Below are positions 13,301 through 25,600 of a stretch of DNA of 64,000 nt, in pieces. Below the pieces are notes generated by a model. That model was not told the origin of the DNA. It ran no database searches and saw only the letters and a program-made list of their open reading frames with translations. This DNA comes from Owenia fusiformis (Eukaryota), in assembly GCA_903813345.2 (NCBI GenBank), contig CAIIXF020000001.1:24676001-24740000 (forward strand), given 5' to 3'. Each line of letters begins with the position of its first letter. The first letter of the stretch is position 1. Made by a program: the position numbers and the translations under genes.

Positions 13301-16300
13301 ACTACGGCAGATACTACAGCAGCTGATGCTACAAGTACAGTGGCTGACACAACTACAGCTGATGCTACAACAACAGTTGCTGATGCAACAACGGCTGATG
13401 TTACAACAACAGTAGCTGACACAACTACAATGGCTGATGCAGCTACGGCAGATACTACAACAGCTGATGCTACAACTTCAGTGGCTGACACAGCTATAGC
13501 TGACGATACAACAACAGTTGCTGATGCAACAACGGCTGATGTTGCAAGAACACTAGCTGACACAACTACAGTGTCTGACGCAACTACGGCTGATGCTTTA
13601 ACAACAGTTGCTGATGCAACAACAGCTGATGTTACTTCAACAGTTGCTAACACAACTACAGTGGCTGACGCAACTATGGCAGATACTACAGCAGCTGATG
13701 CTACAACTACAGAAGCTGACACAACTATAGCTGATGCTACAACAACAGTTGCTGATGCAACAACGGCTGATGTTACAACAACAATAGCTGACACAACTGC
13801 AGTGGCTGACGCAACTAGGGCAGATACTACAGCAGCTGATGCTACAACTACAGAGGCTGACACAACTACAGCTGATGCTACAACAACAGTTGCTGATGCA
13901 ACAACGGCTGATGTTACAACAACAGTAGCTGACACAACTACAGTGGCTGACGCAACTACGGCAGATACTACAGCAGCTGATGCTACAAGTGAAGTGGCTG
14001 ACAAAACTACAGCTGATGCTACTACAATAGTTGCTGATGCAACAACGGCTGATGTTACAACAACAGTAGCTGACACAACTACAGTGGCTGACGCAACTTC
14101 GGCAGATACTACAGCAGCTGATGCTACAACTACAGTGGCTGACACAACTACAGCTGATGCTACAACAACAGTTGCTGATGCAACAACAGCTGATGTTACA
14201 ACAACAGTTGCTGACACAACTACAGTGGCTGACGCAACTACGGCAGATACTGCAGAAGCTGATGCTACAACTACAGAGGCTGACACACCTACAGCTGATG
14301 CTACAACAACAGTTGCTGATGCAACAACAGCTGTTGTTACAACAACAGTTGCTGACACAACTACAGTGGCTGACGCAACTACGGCAAATACTGCAGCAGC
14401 TGATGCTACAACTACAGAGGCTGAAACACCTACAGCTGATGCTACAACAACAGTTGCTGATGCAACAACGGCTGTTGTTACAACAACAGTTGCTGACACA
14501 ACTACAGTGGCTGACACAACTGCGGCAGATACTACAGCAGCTGATGCTACAAGTACAGTGGCTGACACAACGGCAGCTGATGCTACAACAACAGTTTCGG
14601 ATTCAACAACGGCTGATGTTACATCAACAGTTGCAGACACAACTACAGTGGCTGACGCAACTACAGCAGATAATATAGCAGCTGATGCTACAAGTACAGT
14701 GGCTGACACAACTACAGCTGATGCTACAACAACAGTTGCTGATGCAACTACAGTGGCTGACGCAACTACGGCAGATACTGCAGCAGCTGATGCTACAACT
14801 ACAGAGGCTGACACACCTACAGCTGATGCTACAACAACAGTTGCTAATGCAACAACAGCTGTTGTTACAACAACAGTTGCTGACACAACTACAGTGGCTG
14901 ACACAACTGCGGCAGATACTACAGCAGCTGATGTTACAAGTACAGTGGCTGACACAACGGCAGCTGATGCTACAACAGCAGTTGCTGATGCAACAACAGC
15001 TGATGTTACAACAACAGTTGCTGACACAACTACAGTGGCTGACGCAACTACGGCTGATACTACAGCAGCTGATGCTACAACTACAGTGGCTGACACAACT
15101 ACAGCTGATGCTACAACAACAGTTAATGATTCAACAAAGGCTGATTTTACAACAACAATTTCTGACACAACTACAGTGGCTGACGCAACTACGGCAGATA
15201 CTACACCAGCTGTTGCTACAAGTACAGTGGCTGACACAACTACAGCTGATGCTACAACAACAGTTGCTGATGTAACAACAGATGATGTTACAACAACAGT
15301 TGCTGATACAAATACAGTGGCTGATACAACTACGGCAGATACTACAGCATCTGATGCTACAACTTCAGTGGCTGACACAACTACAGCTGATGCTATAGCA
15401 ACAGTTGCTGATGCAACAAAGGCTGATGTTACAACAACAGTTGCTGACCCAACTACAGTGGCTGACGCAACTACGGCAGATACTACAGCAGCTGATGCTA
15501 CAACTACAGAAGCTGACACAACTATAGCTGATGCAACAACGGCTGATGTTACAACAACAATAGCTGACAAAACTGCAGTGGCTGACGCAACTACGGCAGA
15601 TACTACAGTTGCTGATGTAACAACGGCTGATGTTGCAACAACAGTAGCTGACACAACAACAGTGGCTGACGCAACTACGGGAGATACTACAGCAGCTGAT
15701 GCTACAACTACAGTGGCTGACACAACTAGAGCTGATGCTACAACAACAATTGCTGATGCAACATCGGCTGATGTTACAACAACAGTTGCTGACACAAATG
15801 CAGTGGCTGACGCAACTAGGGCAGATACTACAGCAGCTGATGCTACAACTACAGTGGCTGAAACAATAACACATGGTGATACAACAGCAGTTGCTGATGC
15901 AAATACACCTGATTCTACAGCAACTGATGCTTTAACTACAATGGCTGACACAACTACAGCTGGTGCTACAACAACATTTGCTAGTGCAACAATGGCTGAT
16001 GTTACAACAACAGTAGCTGATACAACTACAGTGGCTGATGCAACTACGGCAGATACTTCAAGAACAAGTGCTGATTCAACAACGACTGATGTTATATCAA
16101 CACTAGCTGACACAGCTACAGTGGCTTACGCAACTACTGCAGATATTTTAGCAGCGGATGATAGAACTGCAGTGGTTGACACAACTACAGCTGATGCTAT
16201 AACAACGGTTTCTGATGCAACAACGGCTGATGTTACAACAACCGTGGCTGACGCAACTACAGTGGTTGTCACAACTACGGCAGATGCCACAGCAGCTGAT

Positions 16301-19096
16301 GCTACAACTGGAGTTGCTGATGCTACAACTACAGTGGCTGACACAACTACAGCTGATGCTACAACAACAGTTGCTGATGCAACAACGGCTGATGTTACAA
16401 CAATAGTTTCTGACACAACTACAGTGGATAAAGCAGCAGCCGATGGTACAACTACAGTGGCTGACACAATTACAGCTGATGATACAACAACAGTTGCTGA
16501 TGCAACAACGGCTGATGTTACAACAACAGTAGATGACATAACAACAGTTGCTGATGCAACAACGGCTGATCATACAACAATAGGTAAGAAAACTACAGTG
16601 GCTGACACAACTACGGCAGACACTACATCAGCTGATGCTACAACTACAGTGGCTGACGCAACTACAGTAGAAACTGCAGCAGCTGATGCTACAACTATAG
16701 TTGCTGACACAACTATAGCTGATGCTAGAACAACATTTGCTGATGCAACAACGACTGATGTTATAACAACAGTTGCTGACACGACTACAGTGGCTGACGC
16801 AACTACAGCAGATACTACAGCAGCTGATGCTACAACTACAGTGGCTGAAACAATAACACATGGTGATACAACAGCAGTTGCTGATGCAAATACGCCTGAT
16901 TCTACAGCAGCTGATGCTTTAACTACAATGGCTGACACAACTACAGCTGATGCTACAACAACATTTGCTAGTGCAACAATGGCTGATGTTACAACAACAG
17001 ATGCTGACATGACTAAAGTGGCTGACAAAACTACGGCAGATACTACAACAGCTGATGCTTCAACTACAGTGGCTGGCGCAACTACAGTTGATACTACAAA
17101 ACCAGTTGCTGATGCAACAACGGCTGATGTTACAACAATAGTTCCTGATACAACTACAGTGGAGGAAGCAAACACGGCAGATACTACAGCAGCTGATGCT
17201 ACAACTACATTGACTGACACAATAACAGATAGTGATACAACAACAGTTGCTAATGCAACAACGGCCGATTTTACAACAACAGTTGCTGAGACAACAACAG
17301 TGGCTGACACAACTACGGCAAATATTACAGCAGCTGATGCTACAACAACAGTTGCTGATGCAACAACGGCTGATGTTACAACAACAGTAGCTGAGACAAC
17401 AAAAGTGGCTGACACAACTACGGCAGATACTACAGCAGCTGATGCTACAACTACAGTGGCTGACGCAACTACGGCAGATACTGCAGTAGCTGATGATACA
17501 ACTACATTGGCTGACACAACTACAGCTGATGCTACATCGGCAGTTGCTGATTCAACAACGGCTAATGTAACAACTTCAGTAGCTGGCCCAACTACAGTAG
17601 CTGATGCAAATACGCCTGATTCTACAGCAGCTGATGCTACAACTACAGTGACTGACACAACTACAGCTGATGCTACAACAACAGTTGCTGATGCAGCAAC
17701 GGCTGATGTTACAATAATAGTTGCTGATACAACTACATTGGATGAAGCAACTACAGCAGATACTAGAGCATCTGATGCTACAACTACAGTGGCTGACACA
17801 ATTACAGCTGATGCTACAACAACAGTTGCTTATGCAACAACGGCTGATAATACAACAACATTAGCTGAGACAACAACAGTGGATGTCGCAACTACGGCAT
17901 ATGCTACAGCAGCTGATGCTACATCTACAGTGGCTGACACAACTACAGCTCATGCTGCAACAACAGTTGCTGATGCAACAACAGCTGATGTTACAACAAC
18001 TGTTGTTGACACAACTACAGTAGCTGAGGCAACTACAGCAGGTACAATAGCAGCTGATTCTCTAACTACAGTGGCTGACACAACTACAGCTGATGCTACA
18101 ACAACAGTTAATGATGCAACAACAGTAGCTTACATAACTACAGTGACCGATGCAACTACAGTAGCTGGCTCAACTACGGCAGATACTACAGCAGCTGATG
18201 CTACAAGTACAGTGGCTGACACAACTATGGCTGATGCTACAACAACAGTTGTTGATGCAACAAAGGCTGGTGTCACAACAACAGTTGCTGACACAACTAC
18301 AGTGGCTGAAGCAACTACGGCAGATACTACAGCAGCTGATGCTACAACTACATTGGCTGACACAACTACAGCTGATACTTTAACAACAATTGCTGATGCA
18401 ACAACGTCTGATGTTACAACAATAGTTGCTGACACAACTACAGTGGATGAAGCAACTTCGGCAGATTCTACAGCATCTGATGGTACTACTACATTGGCTG
18501 ACACAATTACAGCTGATACTTCAACAACAATTGCTGATTCAACAACGACTGATGTTACATCAACACTAGCTGACACAGCTACAGTGGCTGACACAATTAC
18601 AGCTTATGCTATAGCAACAGTTGCTGATGCAACAACGGCTGCTGATACACCAACTGCAGTGGCTGACGCAAGTACGGCAGATACTACAGCGGCTGATCCT
18701 ATTAATGCTACAGTGGCTGACACAACTACAGCTGATGGTACAACAACAGCTGCTGATGCAACAACGGGTGGTGTTACGACACTAGCTGATGCTACAGTTA
18801 TAGTGGCTGACACAACTATAGCTGATGCTATATCAACAGTTACTGTTGAAACTACGGCTGATGCGACAACAACATTTGCTGACACAATTACAGTGGCTGA
18901 CACAACTACGGCTGATGCAACAACAACAATCTCGATATCTGATCTAACCACAATAAGTTCTATACTTTACATCGTTCAACTAAAGGGGGCTGTCAGAATA
19001 ACACAATATATGGGGGAAGTTGCCGAGTATAATTCTACACTTGACGATCCGACGTCATATTTCTACTCTAAACTGTCGTTTGACGCATGTGGAGAG
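4323..19096 (+). CDS. Giant mucin-like gene, exon A1 (14,774 bp): unique Thr/Ser-rich region, Thr/Ala/Asp/Val tandem repeats, N-half of SEA domain 1
   Basis: Acceptor ATTTTCAG ends at 4322 (phase 1). The frame is open from 4325 (TNVTTTGITILES...) through the 4553-19111 ORF and ends ...VQLKGAVRITQYMGEVAEYNSTLDDPTSYFYSKLSFDACGE at donor GAG|GTAATG (phase 0). Confidence 0.88.
4571..4840 (+). repeat. Coding 30-bp tandem repeat, 9 units (10 aa, consensus VTDTVDTTVS)
   Basis: VTETTDTNVS VTDTVNTTVS AIDTVDTTVS VTDIVDTTVS VTDTVDTTVS VTDTVDTTAS VTDSVDTTVS VSDTVDTTLS VTESTDSTVS. Confidence 0.9.
5600..18930 (+). repeat. Coding 141-bp (47-aa) tandem repeat array in exon A1
   Basis: Consensus ADATTTV-ADTTT-ADATTTV-ADATT-ADVTTTV-ADTTTV-ADATT-ADTTA. 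Marker spacings of 705, 846 and 987 bp are multiples of 141. Edges are degenerate, so boundaries are approximate. Confidence 0.95.
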
Positions 19097-19203
19097 GTAA
19101 TGTTTGTGTGAATTAATAATGACAAATGTTTGTTATTTCTCAATTGGCATTATGAAAGTATTACATGTACATGTCACGTTTTTATGTGTAAATCTTTTTT
19201 TAG

Positions 19204-19423
19204 ATCACTACTACATTTACTTCTTCGACATATTCCTCGATTTACATATCCTGTTCGATAACTGGATTTTCGTCTGGCAGTGTTCTTGCAAGTTTTACGT
19301 TGGATTTCGAACAAGAGGCTGAGAGTACGTTGAACTCTTCCAACGCGCAAAGTGAGCTTTCTGACAATATAGGAAAGTCTTCAACAACTATAGTATTCGA
19401 CTCATCAACAACGATAATATCAG
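19204..19423 (+). CDS. Exon B1: C-half of SEA domain 1 (220 bp)
   Basis: Acceptor TTTTTTTAG and donor CAG|GTAATT, phase 0 to 1. Encodes ITTTFTSSTYSSIYISCSITGFSSGSVLASFTLDFEQEAESTLNSSNAQSELSDNIGKSSTTIVFDSSTTIIS. The F-x-x-G-S-V motif is typical of SEA domains. Confidence 0.9.
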
Positions 19424-19908
19424 GTAATTGGTCGGTATGTTTGTGTAAAATGGCTCATTTGGTTATCATTTTTGATTTATTACACATTGTAATGTTCGAT
19501 GGTAATTAATTCATTGGGTATTCTGTGGGATTGAATATAAATTAATTTCAAGCGACGATATCATATAGACCTAATCATAATATGAAATTGAGCAAGGAAT
19601 CAATGAGAACAAGTGTCAAAATGATATTACCCAAGTCATTATATTATCCGAAATAAAATAAATATTAAATTTTACCAAAATAACCTGTTTATTACATATT
19701 AAATAATCCTTGGAACAATATAGCCTTGCCCAAGTCTATTATCTTTTATTTATCTTGATTTTCAATTGTATACAGCCGTATTGCATCCATTCTAGCTCAA
19801 CTGATATTATGATAAGTTATTCAATGGTTTCGAGATTTCCATAATTCCACAATGCTTATAGGGAACATACAAGGAAATTGCAATGCATGTAATGCGAATA
19901 TCAAATTA

Positions 19909-20495
19909 CAGGGTGAGCCAAAAAGATGAACCAAACAAATGTTAATTTCTTTGTCTTCCAACACAGGCTTAAATCATATTTAGCACATGAACTTTGTTCC
20001 ATGTTTCTTCATTCCGTTAAATTTCACCAGTCTTTCTTTAATGGCCACGACTTTATGGCCATTTTGAAAAACATCTTAAAGATCAACAAACCAAAAGCTG
20101 GGAATGAATCCACTCTCAAAAAGATGACTATTTTCTGCGAACAATGAATCACACATTTGTACTAGAAGTATAGCTATTTGACCCAAATTCCCATCATCTC
20201 GACCTCCCCCTCTTCACTATAAAACGAACCCCTAGGCCCTGGGAAAATTGAACCCCCTTGGTAAATCCTGGCTGCACCCCAGGAGAAGCATTTGAGAGTT
20301 GAAACAAGAGATAAAAAGATAGAGATGTCTGTCTGTGAGCATGTTAACGAGCTAATTCACCAGCTGTGCGTTCAAATTCACCTTCAATGATGAGACTGGC
20401 ATTTAGAGGATGTTTTGTAAAATAGCCATGAAATCGTGGCCATTTGAAATATACCAATGTAGCTTGTAGTTAGAATGGACGAACATTGAACAAAG
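19909..20495. mobile_element. Degenerate Tc1/mariner-type MITE with truncated right arm; paralogous copy at about 31860-32437
   Basis: Starts TA|CAGGGTGAGCCAAAAA. 19990-20080 is an imperfect inverted repeat of 20402-20495. The module 3 copy retains its right terminus. Confidence 0.55.
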
Positions 20496-21291
20496 AAGGA
20501 GGGAAAGTATAGCAACAGATATCGGACAGTCATATGTTGGATTTTGGATATTTTCTAAGAATTTAAACAGGTGCATACGATAGGCCAATGCATTAACCCA
20601 ATGAAATATATAAGCACAAGTGCCAAAGGGAAAGGACCAAAGTTGTAATGAAACTTAGTAAGAAAAAGCAAACTCTAAGTGCATACCAGTCAAGAAAAAC
20701 AAACCCCATATAGCCCAAAACCATGATCTAACGTGAAAAGAAACAATGTCTAATACCCCTTTCCCCCACCATTCAAGAACCAATATCACAATCCAAGACC
20801 AAAAGACCAAGGGACATTTCATTCATACTGAAGTCATTACAATACATATTGAAGAAAAAATTAGAAATTGAAAGCCAATTGATAGCCAACACTCATAACC
20901 TCAAAAATAGTTGTAGATACAAGTACTCATACAAGATAGGGCAAATTATGTGGGATAGATAAAATCCAGTCTCCAAGTCTCCAGCACTCATAGAGATGAT
21001 AAAATAATTTTGACTTGGAGGCAGTGAAAATGCAAACAAGCAACCTACATGTTTTTTCTAAAATGTTTTCCTTTCCTGATTTTCAACCCCTTCCAGCCGT
21101 GCTTTTTTAAATTTTCTTGCATCAATATGTTGTGTTTTGACACACAGTTAACACCTTTAAAGGAATAAGTGATTCCTTCGATCGGGGGTTCTAAAGATAT
21201 ATATGATGGGTGACTAAAATTAGCTGAAAGAAATTGAACGCATGAGTTTCCCTTTTTGGGAAAATAACAAGGGAAATATTGTTTTCCACTT

Positions 21292-21409
21292 TATCTTAAA
21301 TGAATTCCTTATTCCTTATTCCCTTATTCCTTTAGTTGCTAATAAAGATCTATCTTAAATGAATTCCTTATTCCCTATTCCCTTATTCCTTTAGTTGCTA
21401 ATAAAGATC
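21292..21409. repeat. 59-bp tandem duplication just upstream of the EGF1 acceptor
   Basis: TATCTTAAATGAATTCC...GCTAATAAAGATC occurs twice (21292-21350, 21351-21409, 1 mismatch). Module 2 has a single copy (33232-33290). Confidence 0.9.
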
Positions 21410-21448
21410 TAGAATTCATTTCTAATTTTTTAAAAACGAACATTGCAG

Positions 21449-21589
21449 ATGTTAACGAATGTACAGAAAACAGCGACAACTGTTCTGCATATGCAACATG
21501 TACCAATACAGATGGTGGTTACACATGTACCTGTTTGGAGGGATACACAGACGCATCGCAAATTGGGCATACTGGGCGAATTTGTTTAG
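21449..21589 (+). CDS. Exon C1: calcium-binding EGF-like domain 1 (141 bp, phase 1-1)
   Basis: Acceptor TTGCAG and donor TAG|GTCAGT. Encodes DVNECTENSDNCSAYATCTNTDGGYTCTCLEGYTDASQIGHTGRICL, with six Cys and the D-x-N-E-C and C-x-N-x4-Y-x-C-x-C cbEGF consensus. Confidence 0.95.
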   Translation: MLTNVQKTATTVLHMQHVPIQMVVTHVPVWRDTQTHRKLGILGEFV

Positions 21590-22637
21590 GTCAGTGTCTT
21601 AGAATAATATCATTAAATGAACTTATTCACTGGCAAGTGGTGACCCTACGCCGCAGCATATTAGTACTGGTTTAATGGAATGTTCAGCTTCAGAATTTAT
21701 ATGTTTCGTTAGTTAGTTTGAACTTCATATAGTCCTAGAAAGATCGCAGGAAGACATTACATTTTCTGATTTCTTCTCTGGCTGATATTAATGAGGATAC
21801 CACCTAATCATAAAATGTCCATCCTTAATGATTCATAACATAACATGGCTATAGACTGAATTAAAAATGGGACTTTTTGAGATTTCTTATATATTAATAT
21901 GTTGTTGCATGCTTTATATTTGTAACACCTTTGCTACATAATTAGCTAGTTCATAATAGACAAACACATTCAAAGTTTTCACTATTTAAATTTCCAGTGT
22001 GAAAAAATTGTAAGATATTTTTGGAAACAATACAGCCTCTAGATTCCATTCTCTTGTTTTCAGTTTGTTTAAGTTTGAAGCATAAATATGTCATAATCAT
22101 TTTAAGATAAAAATATAAGCTTTAACATAAGTAGATTTACGCCTCCGGTAAATAACCTCCTTAAAAGGCTTTAATATGAAACATTTTTGGTTGAAGACAT
22201 CATGATATTTGTAGAAAATATCAGGGATGGATCTTGAAATCAACATGTTGGGAGGGGGGGGGGGGATTCCATGTCTGATAACAATTTGGGCCCCTCAAAC
22301 AAAAAATGGGCCAAATTTTTAAAATTTAAGGTTTGACAAATTGGCATAAAATTAATAAATTAGTCCTAATAAGGCGCAGTAATGCCCAAAAGGATAAATA
22401 ATCGGGGCTTAAAGAGATTTCTGGGCCCAGGCAAGGAGGGGCAAGACAACTTCCCAGATCGGCCAGTCAAAATATTTATTGTGATCAAACTAGGATATCA
22501 TCAAAAATGTTCATCAGCTAGGTCAATTTAGTTCTAAAACCAGGTAAAAATATCAAGTTTTCATGATAGGCTTAGCATAAGATTTTTATACATTTAAAAT
22601 AATTGCATTTATGAAAAAAGCGATGTTCTTATTTTAG

Positions 22638-25600
22638 CTGACTCTACGATGGCTAATGCAACTACAATGGCTGACGCAACTACGGAAGATACTGCAGCAG
22701 CTGATGCTACAACTACAGTGGCTGACACAACTACAGCTGATGCTACAACAACATTTGCTGATGCAACTATGACTGAGGTTACAACAACAGAAGTTGACAC
22801 AATTACAGTGGCTGACAGAACGACGGCAGATTCTACAGCAGCTGATCTTTCAACTACAGTGGCTGACCAAACTACAGTTGATGCTACAACAACAGTTACT
22901 GATGCAACAACGACTCATGTAATAACAACAGTAGCTGATACAACTATAGTGGCTGACGCAACTACGGCAGATACTACAGCAGCTGATGCTACAACTACAG
23001 TGGCTTACACAACTACATCTGATGCTACAACAACAGTTTCTGATGCAACAACGGCTGATAATACAGGAACAGTTGCTAACACAACTACAGTGACTGACGC
23101 AACTACGGCATATACTACAGCAGCTGATGCTACAAGTACAGTGGCTGATACTACTACAGCTGATCCTACAACAAAAGTTGCTGATGCAACGACGGCTGAT
23201 GTTACAACAACAGTAGCTGACACAACTACAGTGGCTGGCGCAACTACGGCAGATACTACAGCAGCTGATGCTACAAGTACAGTGGCTGATACTACTACAG
23301 CTGATCCTACAACAACAGTTGCTGATGCAACGACGGCTGATGTTACAACAACAGTAGCTGACACAACTACAGTGGCTGACGCAACTACGGCAGATACTAC
23401 AGCAGCTGATGCTACAAGTACAGTAGCTGACACAACTACAGTTGATGCTACAACAAAAGTTGCTGATGCAATAACATATGATGTTACAACAACAGTAGCT
23501 GACACAACTAATGTGGCTGACGCAACTACGGCAGATACTACAGTAGCTGATGCTACAACTACAGTGAATGACACAACTACAGCTGATGCTACAACAACAG
23601 TTGCTGATGCAACAACGGCTGATGCTACAACAACAGTAGCTGACACAACTACAGTGGCTGACGCAACTACGGCAGATACTACAGCAGCTTATGCTACAAC
23701 TACAGTTGCTGACACAACTACAGCTGATGCTACAACAACAGTTGTTGATGTAACAGCGGCTGATGTTACAACAACAGTTGCTGACAAAACTACAGTGGCT
23801 GACGCAACTACGGCAGATACTACAATAGCTGATGTTACAAGTACAGTGGCTGACGCAACTACGGCAGATACTACAGTAGCTGATGACACAACAACAGCTG
23901 ATGCTACAACAACAGTTGCTGATAAAACAACAGCTGATGTTACAAAAACAGTTGCTGACACAACTACAGTGACTGATGCAAATACGGCAGTTACTACAGC
24001 AGCTGATGCTACAACTACAATTGCTGATGCAACAACGGCTGATGCTACAAGTACAGTAGCTGACACAACTACAGTTGATGCTACAACAACAGTTGCTGAT
24101 GCAACAACATATTATGTTACAACAACAGTAGCTGACACAACTAATGTGGCTGACGCAACTACGGCAGATACTACAGCAGCTGATGCTGACACATTTACTG
24201 TGGCTGACGCAACTACGGCAGATACTACAGTAGCTGATGACACAACAACAGCTGATGCTACAACAACAGTTGCTGATGCAACAACATATGATGTTACAAC
24301 AACAGTAGCTGACACAACTAATGTGGCTGACGCAACTACGGCAGATACTACAGCAGCTGATGCTACAACTACAGTGAATGACACAACTACAGCTGATGCT
24401 ACAAAAACAGTTGCTGATGCAACAACGGCTGATGTTACAACAACAGTAGCTGACACAACTACAGTGGCTGACGCAACTACGGCAGATACTACAGCAGCTG
24501 ATGCTACAAGTACAGTGGCTGACACAACTACAGCTGATGCTACAACAACAGTTGCTGATGCAACGATGGCTGATGTTACAACAACAGTAGCTGACACAAC
24601 TACAGTGGCTGGCGCAACTACGGTAGATACTACAGCAGCTGATGCTACAAGTTCAGTGGCAGGCACTACTACAGCTGATGCTACAACAACAGTTGCTAAT
24701 GCAACAACGGCTGATGTTACAACAACAGTACCTGACACAACTACAGTGGCTGACGCAACTACGGCAGATACTACAGCAGCTGATGCTACAACTACAGTTG
24801 CTGACACAACTACAGCTGATGCTACAACAACAGTTGCTGATGTAACAGCGGCTGATGTTACAACAACAGTTGCTGACACAACTACAGTGGCTGACGCAAC
24901 TACGGTAGATACTACAGCAGCTGATGCTACAAGTACAGTGGCTGACACTACTACAGCTGATGCTACAACAACAGTTGCTGATGCAACAACGGCTGATGTT
25001 ACAACAACAGTAGCTGACACAACTACAGTGGCTGACATAACTACAGCTGATGCTACAACAACAGTAGCTGACACAACTACAGTGGCTGACGCAACTACGG
25101 CAGATACTACAGCAGCTGATGCTACAACTACAGAGGCTGACACAACTACAGCTGATGCTACAACAACAGTTGCTGATGCAACAACGGCTGATGTTACAAC
25201 AACAGTAGCTGACACAACTACAGTGGCTGACGCAACTACGGCAGATACTACAGCAGATGATGCTACAAGTGAAGTGGCTGACAAAACTACAGCTGATGCT
25301 AGTACAACAGTTGCTGATGCAACAACGGCTGATGTTACAACAACAGTAGCTGACACAACTACAGTGGCTGACGCAACTGCGGCAGATACTACAGCAGCTG
25401 ATGCTACAACTACAGTGGCTGACACAACTACAGCTGATGCTACAACAACAGTTGCTGATGCAACAACAGCTGATGTTACAACAACAGTTGCTGACACAAC
25501 TACAGTGGCTGACGCAACTACGGCAGATACTGCAGCAGCTGATGCTACAACTACAGAGGCTGACACACCTACAGCTGATGCTACAACAACAGTTGCTGAT

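Noticed and set aside
19926-20588. Similar short ORFs on opposite strands (NGHDFMAIL.NIL)
   Set aside because: Translations of the two arms of a MITE inverted repeat, with frames disrupted between paralogous copies.
21449-21589. EGF exon length (141 bp) equals the repeat unit length (141 bp)
   Set aside because: No sequence similarity; a coincidence, as this is a normal size for a phase 1-1 EGF exon.
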